This document shows positions 1 through 13,165 of a DNA stretch of 64,000 bases, one piece after another. The DNA is from Psilocybe cubensis. Taxonomy: Eukaryota. The notes under the pieces were generated by a model that worked only from the letters and a program-made list of their open reading frames with translations, was not told the DNA's origin and did not search any database. Positions within the stretch are counted from its first letter, which is position 1. Each line of letters begins with the position of its first letter. Location: contig CM039004.1 in NCBI GenBank assembly GCA_017499595.2, forward strand, positions 2,542,001-2,606,000, in the 5' to 3' direction. Made by a program: the position numbers and the translations under genes.

Positions 1-2674
1 TCGAAAACTACCATCGATGTCACAGATGTTCAGCCAAAGGACAGAAAGAAAGGTTTTCAATCAACGCCGCCTGCTACAAAGGTTCTCACTCAATCTCGGT
101 CCGAATCTGTTCAAGCTATGTCCCCCAAGCCAAGAAAAAGAGTGCCAGCGCCATTCCCCCTCACAGCTGAAGATATGCTGGTAGACTCGACACCATTGGA
201 GGAAACACCGAAGGCCCCTCGTTCATCTCGGCGTAAGCCGCAACAATTTCCTCTTCATTCCTTGGCCAGAGACAAAGGCAAAGGTAAGGCAAATTTGGAC
301 GTCAGCGAAGACGGGGGTGATGAAGAAGAAGTGACAAAAAAGAAACCAACCAAACTTAAACCAAAACCATTTCCTATGAGCAAAGAGCTATTTTCTAGCA
401 CCAGTATGAGCCCAGAATTTTTTCCTTCTGGGTCTGTAGGAAAGAGGTCGTCCGAAGCTGGTAGTGGAGACGAACGGGCTACCAAAAAATCTCGGCAGAG
501 CTTGGACAAGTGGGCGCATTATCTCAATTATTTGGATAGTTATGGCATTAAACATATCTTTATCTTAGGTACATTCACGCTAGCAAAGGCCAACATATAC
601 CATCTACGGAAGGAAATAAAAGTGAGCAGATATATGCAAACTGCGACTGATGATTAACTGTATGAATCAGTCTCTATCGGACTGTCACCTCGCGTTGACC
701 CCAGGACCTTGTGCCCCTTCTGCGATACCCCATTACCGTCAGAACTTACGCCTCTTCTTTCAAACCTTCTGGAAACAACGCGGCAGATTGCAAGGAAGGA
801 TCCTCGCCCTACCAATCCACTAGGTCTCAAGGCACCATTCACGACATATATAACAGTATGCCAACGACACCGTTTTGAGACCAAGATTCTCCCTGAAGCA
901 GAGCAAAAGGGCTGGCCAAAGAAAATCAAATGGAAAAAAGTCAGCGGCCGCGTATTGAAGATGAAGACCTTCCTGCAGGCCCTTATTGAAGATCCTGGCA
1001 ATGACTCGAGGTCAGAATCGAGCGATTCTGAGTGGCAGATTTTGGCCACGACCAACTCAGGGAAATCGAAAAAGAGGAGTATAAAAGGCGCAAAAGCTAG
1101 GAGCATATTTTGGACGGAGTACATGAATGAAGTCAAAACGAAAGGGTTGAGGGCTATGTCCGGCTTTCAGGGGCAATATGCCACTTTCGATAAAGCTCAA
1201 CCTGGCTAGTAAGTTTGTACTTCGCTTTACTCAGATTGACACATTTCTCAACTGACCTTATTCTATGAAGTTACGGGGAAATGGGGTATGCCATTATCCA
1301 GCAGACACTGTATAACATGTTTCCTCCGTCAGAAATTGATCCGCAGTCGATCTTACCTTTAACGCCTACCGAATTCATTCAACGCATTCTTGTCCCTGAG
1401 GTAGCTCTTCATCTAATCATGGAAGACAGAAACTTGGAGGGAGATGAGGGTATGAAAGAGGCTTTGAAAATTCTTCGAGAAAGCTCAGCATATGGGGTTT
1501 CCATGTTTCCGGAAGATGCTTGTGAGCCTGGCGCATCGCAGAAACCCATCGACGAGACCAAACTGGGAGTTGGCGATAGGATTGTGATGGAAAGAGCGAG
1601 AAAGAGGCGTAAAGAACTCGAAGCTGAGGATGCAAAAGAAGAGGAGGAACAAAGACGTCAGGAAGAATTAGACAAAATAGCAAAGGAGAAAGAAGCCGAA
1701 GAGAAATTACGGAAAGACAGGGAATTGGCTCGTACAGAGATAGGTTCTAAGAGCAGCCAACCTGAAGTGCGTCCTCGACCAAGGCCGAGACCTCTTCCAG
1801 CAGACAGGTCTAAGAAGAACGTTGCGCATTCTGACGGGATGGCAAGCGAGAGCACAGACGACACCGACGCTTCCACACGAAGTGGTCGTCCAGTGGTCAG
1901 GCGGCACGTCGCTTCTGGCAGTGGTCTAGGAGGCATTCTACGTGGGTCTTCCGACTGGGATATGGAAAGAGACCACGGCAATCGCAGCAGTAGCCAAAGC
2001 AGGAGTTCTGCTAGTAGCGGAAGTGAAATTGAAATCGAAGAACACACCACTCGTCGGCCTAGCTCCGAAGAAAGGAGGCGTTCACCATCCGCTAGTGAAC
2101 CGCGAATTACGAGATCAAGGGCAGCAAGTGCTTCGGATTGGGACAGCGAGTCGAGTCGTAATGCAGTGATTGGAACTGGAGGAAGGCCTCCCAATAAAGG
2201 CCTCAAAGGACGTTCAAATAGCAGGAGCAAGAACACCGCACGAAGGGAATCTCTTAGTTGCGATAGTGATTCAGAGTCCGTGGACCTGGGGAAGACACCT
2301 ATACCCCAAAAGATGAAACCATATCGTGACGAAGAAGAAACGCCGAGGCCCTCCAATAAGCAAAACCTTGGTCCCCTTGCAAGGGCTCGAGCAAGAAATC
2401 CGGAAAGAAATACTTTGTTCGTGCTTTTTCATCGTATTCGGTCTTCTATTAATTGTAAATTGTTTGATTTCAGAAATACTGGGGCCAATTCGAAGACCAA
2501 AGAGTTTGTTATATATCCTCATTACTATTCTTTCTAATTTTTGACGCTTTATGATTCAGGAAATCAGCAGCCCCACCTCCACCTGCTGAGTTCGTCCATT
2601 TCATTTTCCGGCACATTTTCCATTTTGACCATTGATTCAGGAATTTCAGTTTCATGTTTTCGAGCGATGAATGA
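1..2674 (+). CDS. RTC4-domain protein (restriction of telomere capping 4 family), 5' end outside window, multi-exon
   Basis: The spliced ORFs give CPFCD...CQRHRFE...GWP followed by QPGYYGEMG..EFIQRILVPEVALHLIMED..ALKILRESSAYG, the RTC4 domain pattern. GT-AG introns at about 510-568, 622-670, 1209-1270, 2417-2473, 2504-2559 and 2590-2640; stop TGA 2672-2674. Confidence 0.8.
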
Positions 2675-3007
2675 GTGAGGAATTTCGCCTCTTTGGCTAT
2701 AGGACCAAGTTTTCTTGTCATCCGTTGTACAGCTATGAAAGCTAGCCATATCATTTTATTTTCTGTATCTAATAGAGATCGTATTCTATGTCAATAATAA
2801 TGTCAGCCATGCGCATTTATTTGACGGTTATAGGGTCATGTGCTCGTCTGGCGTTTATTCGAATTTTAATTGATCTGCTTTCTGTTCGCTTCTTGACCTC
2901 AGACCATCACCATTATGCTATTCTTCTGATTGCATAAAATCTTTCTAACATTGTACCGTTGTCTTGACCCTTCTAAACTTTTTTGTTTGACTAGGCTGAC
3001 CTTCTCG

Positions 3008-4431
3008 ATGCCGCTTCGCCTTGACGTTCCTGGCGATGGAACGCCACCTACCAGACTGTACCGCAGAAAAAGTCTCAAACTGACCCGAGCACCCTCTGCT
3101 CAAGCTGAGACTGAAGCCAAAGAACCCGACTTTCTACTTACCTCTCTGCCTACTCCAAAAGTGCCAATGGAAGTATTGGAACAAATTATCTTCTTTTATG
3201 CAGAGGATGCTTTGGCACTGGATGATCTTCTAGACTGCAGGAGGTCGGCTTTCAGAAACTTTATAAAATCGTGCACTTTGGTCTCCAAAGACTTTCGTTT
3301 CCTCGTTCTTCGTCGGTTTTTTGAACAAATCTCCTTTGAAAATACAAAGCACTCCAAGGCACTGTTTGGATATCTGGCTGAGGTCGACCTGGGATACAAG
3401 ATGCTGGGTTGGACTGGCGGCTATTTCTGGGTCAGGTTCGTCTGAACCTTCGTTTACGAAGAACGAGCAGGATTTGGTCGTAAAAATTGATATGTATGCG
3501 CATATATTCAGGTCTTTAAGCACCGCATCGTTCCTTATCCGTTTTAACACACGAAATCTCAAGAACCTGACTCACCTCTCCAATCTTGCTATTGACTTTG
3601 CTCATTCAGGCCTCATACTTCAGTCTGTGGCGCTCACGGAGATGTTTAACTCAATCGCACAGCCGAATATTGCCTGGGGCTTGACAAGCTTGACGCTAAC
3701 AAGACTTCCTCGCATTGACGTTCATCTTCTTACTCTGATTTCAACAAGTTTTCCTGTGCTCGTTAAGCTTCACATCAGCTCTATCGAAGCTCTAGATGAC
3801 TGCTGTCCAAGCTGTTATGAAAATAGTCAGATGCGCATGGTGCATTCTCCAGTGGATGACCTATACCCTGACATCGCATCTTTGACCGTACGTGATTCTT
3901 TCCTGAAACAATGATCAAATAACACTGGAGATATTCAAACTGTTTATGTCAACTCTAAAGGACGCCATTGGGAGCTCATTAGCTCCTCTAAAAAACTTGA
4001 CAGACCTTTTCATTGGCGTCTTTCTTTCTCGATCCAATCTTCTCGACCTGCACATAACTCACGCAAAGAGTAACATTGACATGGACCAACTTTTCGTCGC
4101 CGCCATCGCATTGTGCCCTCTCTGCGAGATTCACCGTAAACCCACCAAAGAGGCCGAGCTCACTGCAAGCCTCTGTCTTGCCCGACACCTGGACTCTTTG
4201 AAGCGTATTGGTTGGGGCACCTGCTTCGACCGTTCTTTGGAAATCGAACGCTCGAGAAAGGAACCAAACACAATTGAGGGGTCTCGTCAGACAAATCGAA
4301 TGGGTAAAATATCTGACGAGGTCATTATCGATCGACCTTCGACTACGGCAGACGCTGGACTAGACAGGCTGTCGACATTGCTTTCCATTGCTAGGACTGA
4401 CGAAACGATTAGAATACGGCGACTTTACTAA
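3008..4431 (+). CDS. Hypothetical F-box-like/LRR-like protein, 3 exons
   Basis: The N-terminal VPMEVLEQII motif is F-box-like, followed by LxxLxL repeats (LTSLTLTRLPRID, LVKLHI, LTDLFIGVFLS). Introns 3436-3511 and 3888-3960 join ORFs 2930-3445, 3321-3914 and 3946-4431. Confidence 0.65.
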
Positions 4432-4884
4432 AAATCCGAGTACAAGTAGTGATTAATGCCACTGACGTATGTTTCCCTTTGATTTGAAATCCATTCAATA
4501 ATACAAAAGAACTTCACATCATTCGTGTATACCCTGACTACATATTATACTTTTTTAAAGATCACTGATTGCTTTTGGTTTACAATGAGTGGCCTATATG
4601 AGAGTGCCTCGTGGAAAGTAAACAATGAGCAGGTCACGTCGCCGAGGCAAAGGGGCCGAAATTAATGCCTAATTCGAAGTCAGAATGCATTCATGTGCCA
4701 CCCCTTGAGGAAGATATAAACCAAAAGTTCAACCATGTTCCTGTTTTGAACGCCCACCCTTCCACAGGATTCTTTACTCTTACAATTTATTAACGACCCA
4801 CTACGACTAGTTCGTTTCAAACTCGGAACATTATTCTATCCACATTACTATTCTATCTTAAAACTATTATCGCAAACCACAAAC

Positions 4885-6483
4885 ATGGCTACAACGGCTT
4901 CAGAGGCTAGGAAAGCCGAAATGGCGCGTCTGTTTGACCTTTTCGAGAAGCTTAAGTCGCATCGAGCGCGACCAACATCCACTATCGACGAAGACGCGCC
5001 TATGGAGGACATACGGCCGCCATCAAGACCTAGATCAACATTGATACAGACAACTACCACAGAGCAAGACCCAGCGATAAAGAAGCTGTCCAGCATCGTT
5101 GAGAAGAGCAGCACGTCGACGCGACCGCGCAGGAACACGGTGGCGTCCATGATAGCACATGGTGGCGGCGATGTAATGCCCGTCGATGAAAGCCACTGCG
5201 ATTCGGATGCTGAGTCTCTTTCCAAGTTCCCGCTTGCTGAGAGGAAGCGGTTTCCATTCACATTCAAGCACATGGTGCATAAACTGTACGACAAAGACGA
5301 TTGGGTAAAGACAATCAAGGAAACGTTGGAGAAGTCGCAGAATGAGTTCAAGCCGCTTGCGGAGCAGCAGCAGGTGCCCCACATCAGTGAAAACGACAAG
5401 AAGAGATCGGTAGAGGAGGAGGTAGAGGGAGGAAGAGATGAGAAGACCAAGGAGAACGTTATCCGTTTCGAGATCGCGACTAACCCTGGTACACGAACGC
5501 GAGGAAATTCTACGGGACGTCAACGTAGCCTTTCGATTGCGACTACTGGGGCCACTAAAGGTTACACCCCGCTTTCGCCTGGGGTACGCTCTCCTGGGTT
5601 CAGGGCCCCAGTCATCAAGTCTCCCGTTCCAGGGATTAGATCGCCAGGCGCAGAAATAGATCCAGAAGTTAGGGTGGTCAAAAAGAGGTGTGTCGGTCGC
5701 AGAAAGTCGGCAAGTGGACTTGCAAACAACGAAGAGGCTTCTCTCAAGCCCGATGGTAGTCCTCGACGAGCCTGGGTGTACAACGCTGCTGTCTCCGCGT
5801 CTGAAAGGCCTATCGCGACAGCGTTTGTGGCGTGTCCTCCTGCGCCACCTTCATCTCCAACAGGAGGAAGAGCCCCTTCAGCAAGATACCAGGGATTGGG
5901 CACGAAGAACCTTCCAAGTACGATGCAGCTCGGCGGGATGGGTACAAAGCGGAGGGTTATTCCCGCGACAGATGCGCCCACAGCTACATCATTTGCAGCA
6001 TTTCATCTTGGTCCACCGGCGTCTCCAACAGGAAACAAAGGTCCTTCGTCTAGATACCCTGCCCTGGGTACGAAGAACTTGCCAACCATGATGCAAGCAG
6101 GAGGTACAGGAATGAAGCCTAGAGTGGTGCCAGCTACAGACGCCCCTGCTGCTGCGAGATTTACAGGATTCCCTCCTGGACCACCACCATCACCTACTGG
6201 ACCATCCAAAGGTTTTATGACAAAATATTCCACCCCTAATTCCAACAAACTTCCGAGCACATTGAAAGAAAGAGGAAAGCCGGGCTTGAAGCGCCGAGGA
6301 AGCATCGAAGGAGAAATGATGAAGGCCGCCCCCATGATGATGCCGTTGCAGCAGGTAACAAATTTGAATACAGATGGGTTGGCGGCACGCCGGCGATCGA
6401 GGATAGCGAGTAAGACTGAGGATGACAAAGGCGGAGAGAAGGTCATCGAGCAAAAAGAATCGATAATGAAGGAAATGACTTGA
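4885..6483 (+). CDS. Intronless hypothetical protein (532 aa), largely disordered, with 56-aa tandem repeats
   Basis: Single long ORF with a TATA-like TATAAA near 4716. Contains an FPFTFKHMVHKLYDKDDW block and a basic KKRCVGRRKS patch. Confidence 0.75.
   Translation: MATTASEARKAEMARLFDLFEKLKSHRARPTSTIDEDAPMEDIRPPSRPRSTLIQTTTTEQDPAIKKLSSIVEKSSTSTRPRRNTVASMIAHGGGDVMPVDESHCDSDAESLSKFPLAERKRFPFTFKHMVHKLYDKDDWVKTIKETLEKSQNEFKPLAEQQQVPHISENDKKRSVEEEVEGGRDEKTKENVIRFEIATNPGTRTRGNSTGRQRSLSIATTGATKGYTPLSPGVRSPGFRAPVIKSPVPGIRSPGAEIDPEVRVVKKRCVGRRKSASGLANNEEASLKPDGSPRRAWVYNAAVSASERPIATAFVACPPAPPSSPTGGRAPSARYQGLGTKNLPSTMQLGGMGTKRRVIPATDAPTATSFAAFHLGPPASPTGNKGPSSRYPALGTKNLPTMMQAGGTGMKPRVVPATDAPAAARFTGFPPGPPPSPTGPSKGFMTKYSTPNSNKLPSTLKERGKPGLKRRGSIEGEMMKAAPMMMPLQQVTNLNTDGLAARRRSRIASKTEDDKGGEKVIEQKESIMKEMT
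5854..6265 (+). repeat. Coding tandem repeat, 168-bp (56-aa) period, about 2.5 diverged copies
   Basis: SPTG codons start at 5854, 6022 and 6190, exactly 168 bp apart. The first two units share LGTKNLP..MQ.GG.G.K.RV.PATDAP; the third partial unit is more diverged. Confidence 0.85.
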
Positions 6484-6720
6484 CGACTTGGACTTTCGAT
6501 AACGGGCTGCCTGGAGATTGACAATTTGTGCATGATCTAACAGCATATCTCTCTTTTTTCACGAATTTCGTCTTTTCCCTTTCTGTGACTAAACCTGTAG
6601 TGTCCAAGTGTGTTTCAACCTCTAGTATCATCGAATCCATACCTTGTACAAATTACCAATCCACTCCATTAAATGTACTATGTTTTCAACCAATAAACTT
6701 GCCCATAAGATAATCTTTAA

Positions 6721-8236
6721 TCATATATGGCGAAGTCGAAGCTTGAATGCGTTTTTGGATGCACGAGAGTTGGAATCGAGGTAAGAGGAATAAAAGCCAG
6801 CAACAAATTCTTCTGCCTTAAATCCAAACTGATTGTATAAAAGCTATAAGGGTTTTAGCCACGCAAATATCAACTAAAAAGTGGGCACCGACGAACCATG
6901 GCAGAACTGTTTGCTGAAACGTGTAAAGTAAAATCTTTGTCTGGGTGCATGGATATGAGATGGAATAGCATGGTCCTGCAAAAAAATTTCAAATTATTTT
7001 CAACAGATGTAAACGACTGAATGGTTCAAACCTGGCGATCTGTGCTTTATCCCAGCCTGATTTTACGGCAAGGAACGTGATGTATGTCTGAATTGGAGAC
7101 ATAATAATGGCAACGCCAACAACAACCTTCTTGTACATCGCCACCATGGTCGTTTTCTCAGGAAGATAATCAAGAGCATCTGAGACTGTACAACAAAAAG
7201 GTCAGAAAATATTATTACTATGACCAAGTTGACTGACCATCAATACCACTCCAGAAGGATCGCTCCAGTAGATCGTGAACCTGAGGCAAATGATACTCAT
7301 GGAGAGTGGAGTATGTGATAGGTGCTATTGCTTCAATCGCAGGCTCTCTTTCGGGACTAGATGATATTGGCGGCATTAGATTACAAACGCGTAGAGCACG
7401 AAATCGAGATTTACTGGGCAAATGTATAGTGCTCCCGTATGTCAGCCATAAGATTCATCCAAGGCGTACGTGTTTCCCAATCCACTGAAATAAGGCCAGG
7501 AGGGAAATTATTTTTTGCTCCCTCTAAACGTGCGAGGAATGACATCTCGAATGGCGTGGTTTGGATATCATAGAGTGCTTTCAAGACCTCCGGATCTGCA
7601 GTGGGTTCTGTATCAGCAGAAAGGGGTGTCAAATCGGAGTCTGGAGCAGAGATAGTCGGTTGGTCGAGACGATTCGCGCGTCTTTGCTGGGCAAACTTTT
7701 AGCATCTGAGAGACAAGTTGTATGAGAATTACATACTTGTTCTAGCTTGAGTTTACGACGTATAATAGCTTCGGTTTTCGATGGCTCTTGTTTTTTAGAA
7801 AGCTCCTGAACAAAAAACGATATCTCGGATTGCCTCAGCGGACGAGTAAGATTTCCCTGAAAAATAGAGCAAAGTTAACACCAAAGATTCTTATGACTGA
7901 ATGTAGTTTACATTTTCGTCTCGTTCAATAAACTTTTTTTCCAAGCTATCTCGAGCGCTGAGAAGATCCGGGAGAAGTGGTTCAACAAGACGTTCAAAGG
8001 AAGCCTCTTCATCGCCGTACTCGGACCGTAGGACAGAGAAAAGAGCCTGGATTGGGAATTCTACGACGTCTTTTGCGCCTGGTTCTTCTTTGACATCCCG
8101 CCTACGTTTTTTTCTCGGTGGTCTTGAGGGCTGTAATCAGGTAATTAGACCTCTATGCACTTGTAGAATCAAATCCCTGAACCTTGGATGGCCGTTCAGT
8201 ATATTCTGATTCTTGACTATCAGATTCGGAATACAT
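6721..8236 (-). CDS. GNAT acetyltransferase resembling KAT14/CSRP2BP (ATAC2), multi-exon
   Basis: The spliced C-terminus reads APITYSTLHEYHLPQVHDLLERSFWSGIDVSDALDY...YKKVVVG...YITFLAV...DFTLHVSANSSAMLLYNQFGFKAEEFVAGFYSSY...KNAFKLRLRHI*. The start ATG at 8236 is inferred. Confidence 0.8.
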
Positions 8237-8738
8237 CTTAAGTCTGCATTAGGTGGGAAATTTATCTTCTCCGTGGAAGAATAAGTGAAGAATCATATAT
8301 TAGTGAGGTCTCTCGAGCAGGCCGCAAGGAAGAATTGAAGGTAAGGTTGGTACAAGACGTTCGCGTTCAAGTTTTCAAGTTAGTGCTCTCGGAATAACCT
8401 TAACCCTAACCAGTTTGAGAATAAACACCCTGACATTGGACATGTTTAGTTGTTCTTGACCCTGTTCTATGATATTCAATCTTCCATTCAAACAAACGTC
8501 CTTGGTAGAAATTTACATCGATCTATGTCGCAATGCAATGGCAGTCTGGATATTCTTACGTTATTTCAAGCAACGGGAGGATACGAGCACAGTGGATGCC
8601 TCACAGCAAGAGAATATCCGAGAGTCTTGCGGGCTTAACGGTGAACCTCCACAATACAGTGAAAGGAGATATACAGACCGTATGAACATATATATTGCTG
8701 GTCTATGGATAATGGAAACGCAGCCATAGTCGACCACC

Positions 8739-10013
8739 ATGCCGCAGCCTTCGCCTTTCAAAATGTTCAAAGAGATTTTGAACCCCCCGCCTCTCGTGTC
8801 TGTAGACCTCAGCGGGAAAACGGTTGTCTTAGTTGGGGCTAACTCCGGGATTGGATTTGAAGCCGCGAAGCATTTCGCACGAATGGGACCTCAGAGGCTT
8901 ATCCTTGGATTTCGAAGCGCGGAAAGGGGAGAGGAGGCAGTAGCCAGTATGTGTGCCCCTTGCGCGCCAACAATGCTCTGCTGTTAAATGTCCTTCCAGG
9001 TATCTCGAAAGACACAGGCTATACAACCATTGAATCATGGACCATTGATCTGGCAAGTTTCGCTTCGGTAAACGCCTTTGCTGAGCGATTTAAAAAAGAG
9101 GGTGGAAGGCTTGACATTTTCGTTCCCAACGCCGCTGTCCTTTCTGTTTCTCTCGATTTCATAGATGATGGTTGGGAGACTATGTACGCTGTGAACCACA
9201 TATCCAACACCTTGCTTGTTCTGTTGTTGCTTCCTGCGATGTTGGAAACCGCACGGGTTCATAATACCACTCCCAGAGTTGTGCTTGTGACAAGCGGATA
9301 TCATTATGGCGCGAAATTGGACAGCAAGTTGATTGACGCGCCAAATGCTCTGCGCACGTACGGACATCGGGATCATTTCACTCAACGGTACGCGTCAACA
9401 TGCACAATATCAACTTCTAACCCAACAATAATATCGTTTAGAATACCAAAGAAGTCGTTCGACGGCAGTCAAGTGTACGCAGAGACGAAATGTAAGCACT
9501 CCGGCCATAATATACCCATCGTCGCTAATAATATGAATTTAATTAGTACTGGTCATCTTTTTCACCCGTGCCCTGAATGACAGGCTGCGCCATAAGCCCA
9601 TCATAGTCAACACCGTCGATCCAGGATTCGTCAAGTCCGGCCTTCGAAGGAACCTCGGCGGCATTCTTGGTTTCGTGATCAGGATGATGGAGAAATTGAT
9701 GGTGCGCACAGCAGAGGAAGGAAGCAGGCCTATGATCTGGGCAGCAGTGGGAGCTGAAGAAAAGAAAGATGAATTGCGAGGTGCATTTATCAGTTCAGTA
9801 TCCCAAGTCGAGGAAACGAGTGACTATTCCAATAGTCGAGAAGGATTTATTGCACAGAACAAGTTATGGGTAAACCTCAATGCTCATATTTTGACGTCAA
9901 TTAATTCAGCTTCTTTGAAGGAAAACCTTGTTGAAGAGTTGATGCAAATAAACCCTGGAATTCAGCAGACCTCGCAAGAATGCCTCACTCCGTATAACAA
10001 TCCAACAGACTAG
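8739..10013 (+). CDS. Short-chain dehydrogenase/reductase (retinol-dehydrogenase/WWOX-like), SDR-1
   Basis: VGANSGIG Rossmann motif, RLDIFVPNAA, catalytic YAETK, VDPGF and EEGSR..WAA; four GT-AG introns. Confidence 0.93.
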
Positions 10014-10148
10014 TAACATATGGTGTTCCAGCGCTTCTTGGTCGGTTCATCAAATGCATTTTATTTGTTTCTATCCGACCTTCGTGTTCTAGTGAAAATT
10101 CCAGATGATAAATAGGATATAAACGATTACGACGAAGTTCAAAAACAA

Positions 10149-11688
10149 TCAATTACGTGCAGACTCGCGATCATTTTCGGTCAGCGCTATTGTATCAACA
10201 GTTGTTCCATGTTGGAGTGCACTCGGGAAGAAATTGGACGTTCTCGTTGTCGGGCGTTGAAGTTCTTGTCGCATCTGAAGAAGCGCTCGACTAGCCAGCA
10301 TGGAGTGGAGACAACGTGTCAAGCTGAAGAAGCAATATATCAATCGCCAACTTATATCGTGCGTGGTAAATTGTCATACGATGTGCCCATGATTCTCAAA
10401 GCGAGCTGTAATGGGATCAGTATGAGCTGTAGTTCATGGCTATTCCAACATACCGGAAATGCAGCATAGGAGACAACATTTAAGAGGGAGCACACTGGAA
10501 GCTAATCAGCCTCGCGAACAGATTCAATGGGAATAATGATCAAACTCACGGAAAAGAAAGATATAAAATAGTATTCCTGGTGGCGTTGTTTGATTTAGGT
10601 GAGTCAACATTAGCAATAACGTTAGGAAGCATAAACCGTTACGGACCATCGCGATAGACGACCAACGATAACGGCAATCTGCTGCGCATATTTGATCGAA
10701 CTGACAATACAAGTTCATCGAGTCCAGTATAACGCATATATCTGAATCAACTCACAGAAGTGTACAGCAGGTTTTAAAACCAACGCCAGGCATACTGTTG
10801 GTATGTTGAATGGTCGATTCGCCAGAGCCATATGATCCATGCAGTAACAGATTTGTTGCTCACCGAAATCCCAAATACACAGCGCTGCCCACCACCATAT
10901 AATATACCTTGAAGTTTTCATGGGAAAACACCCTCGAAATCCCTCGTATATAGGCGCCGGAGCGTCTGTGATCCTAGGGTCAGTTGTTTCAATCTAATAA
11001 AGACATATTCTACTGACATCGAAGGTCAGCGAAGAACAGATATAATGTTACGATTCCGGGTGCCCATACGGCTACTGCTACCAGGCATAGGAAGGCTCCA
11101 AGCTGCTGGTGGCGGTCCCAGATTGCCCATACGCGTATAGTAAGGATTGCTGCCAGGACGCTTGTTCGTCAGGAACTGGTAGGGATTTTTGGTTGGGGAT
11201 ATACTTCACCTTCGGAAGTCAAAGTTCCTAATACCATCGCACCTTATACATAAAAAATTTAAACGAGCTCGGGCAGGTATGATGTTGATGCTCACTCATA
11301 ACAGCAGGCTTCAGCCTGTTGCATTTGGTATCTGTCATCTCGCTTCCCACATGTCCTGAGGATCCGTTGAGAAGTCGATGTAAGCCATCATCTGTCGTAA
11401 CCCATACTGTTATGATGCTCCCATCGACTCACGGTATAGCGCAAGAATACAGTCAAGAACGACTATATATCGTTGGAACAGATATATGGCCTTCAGGAGA
11501 TTCCACGGTTTCTTCCAGACGAGGTTGATTTCCATGTCTATGGTGAGAGCCCATTCATATGCCAACATGGCTATTGCAGAGACTATACATGACACGGTAT
11601 CAGTGGAGGATTTTTATAAAAAAAAAAAAACAAATGGCTTTGTTGAGGCGCAGTACTGACCTTGGGTGTACTGATAATCCATAGGCAT
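10149..11688 (-). CDS. DUF6533-like multi-pass membrane protein, many short exons
   Basis: Exons give AMLAYEWALTIDMEINLVWKKPWNLLKAIYLFQRY, ILTIRVWAIW, FRGC, VVYRDGILFYIFLF and LHSMLASRALLQMRQ, the motif series typical of this Agaricomycete family. Confidence 0.8.
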
Positions 11689-13165
11689 ATTCGTATTAAT
11701 GGTGGAATATGCTGAACAGGGGTACGCACAGGTATCATACGCATTCCACGCAGGACTGAGATCGTTTTCGCAGTCACAGCCAAGGACATCGCAGCGTTCT
11801 GCTCTAAACCTCTATGCACTCCATCCGCACGATTAAGTATTGGAAGTAACCAACGTCTCCGCTCAGGAGTCAGGGTCCTTCAAATCAAGGGCAGGTACTT
11901 AACCCAGATCTCTGATGGGTCTGACATGGTATGTTCGCACAGACAGCTTAAATTTGTATTGTAGCGAAGTACATACGTTACGAGATTTCGAGATTTCTGG
12001 AAGCCCTCGAAATGGTCGTGATGTTTTTGAAGGACCGTTTCCACAACACGGCGTTTATTGAAAAGTTGATGTATAATTGAATCGTAATAGTTCATGTGGC
12101 CACCGTTTTTATTGAGTCTTCAATTTACTGGGGGACGTTAGCCTCGCTCAATCGCTACTCGGAGGGGCTGTATTAAAATGATGAAGCCAGTAAATGGTGT
12201 TGATTATTCAACCAGTATACAGGATATTTTCACATTATCGATGTTGATTTTTATTAAGAATTTAAGCGCCCATCTCCTTTAACCGGCGTCAAACACTCAC
12301 TGATCCCATTGTCCAACGCCAAGCCGCCTGACTCTTAATTTCCAATAATGAAAGGAAAGCAAGCACACAGAATCAGTACCCAAAGCGGTGAATGCTAACA
12401 AATGCTCAACTTGCTCCTCGCTCCTCGCGATAGCCATCTTGGACTTGTTCAAAAATTCAAATAAACGGGCAGGGTCCAGGGAAGACCGTCCACGCGTCTC
12501 GCACGACACAATCCGAGTTTCAAAGTTCAAATTTAGGCCGTTCCATTGAAATCGTACAATATTACGCTATCAGTATCGTAAAACACTTTCCGCGAGACGT
12601 TTACGGTTTCTTCCAGGTTTCTTCGCTAAAACCTTTTCTCTCAGCTAAGTATGATACTGACAGTAATCATATCAGCCCCTAGATTAAGATTTCAAAACCC
12701 TGAATCAGAAATTCAGAATGTTCCTGTGCATATATAATATCATGGTAGTATGTCATGTAAATTGTAATGCAATACAATATAGAAACCCTAAGCCTAAATT
12801 GAACCACGCGAGTCCGCGACGGCGATCTTTTGCACGTGTGTGTGGATTTAGTACTTTCAAGTTTTTAGCCTTTGGTGAATTGAATGTTTTTCGCTTTATG
12901 TGGTGATGACGTGCCGGGGTGCGTGTTCAACGTGTTCGGTTCGTGTTCTTATTCGTATTCGTGTTCGGTGTTCCTTAGTACTTACATCCATATGTAGTAA
13001 GTACAAAGTAAAACTCGAAAGAAGGCGGATCGGGATGAATTCAGGTACCGCAAGTGTAAGGTTTTCGAATCCAAATTCCATACTAGTATTGATTGACTCA
13101 TCGTCAACGCGCGCGAAGTGAGCGGGATGGATAATTGCGAAAGACGAATGATCAATGATCAATGA

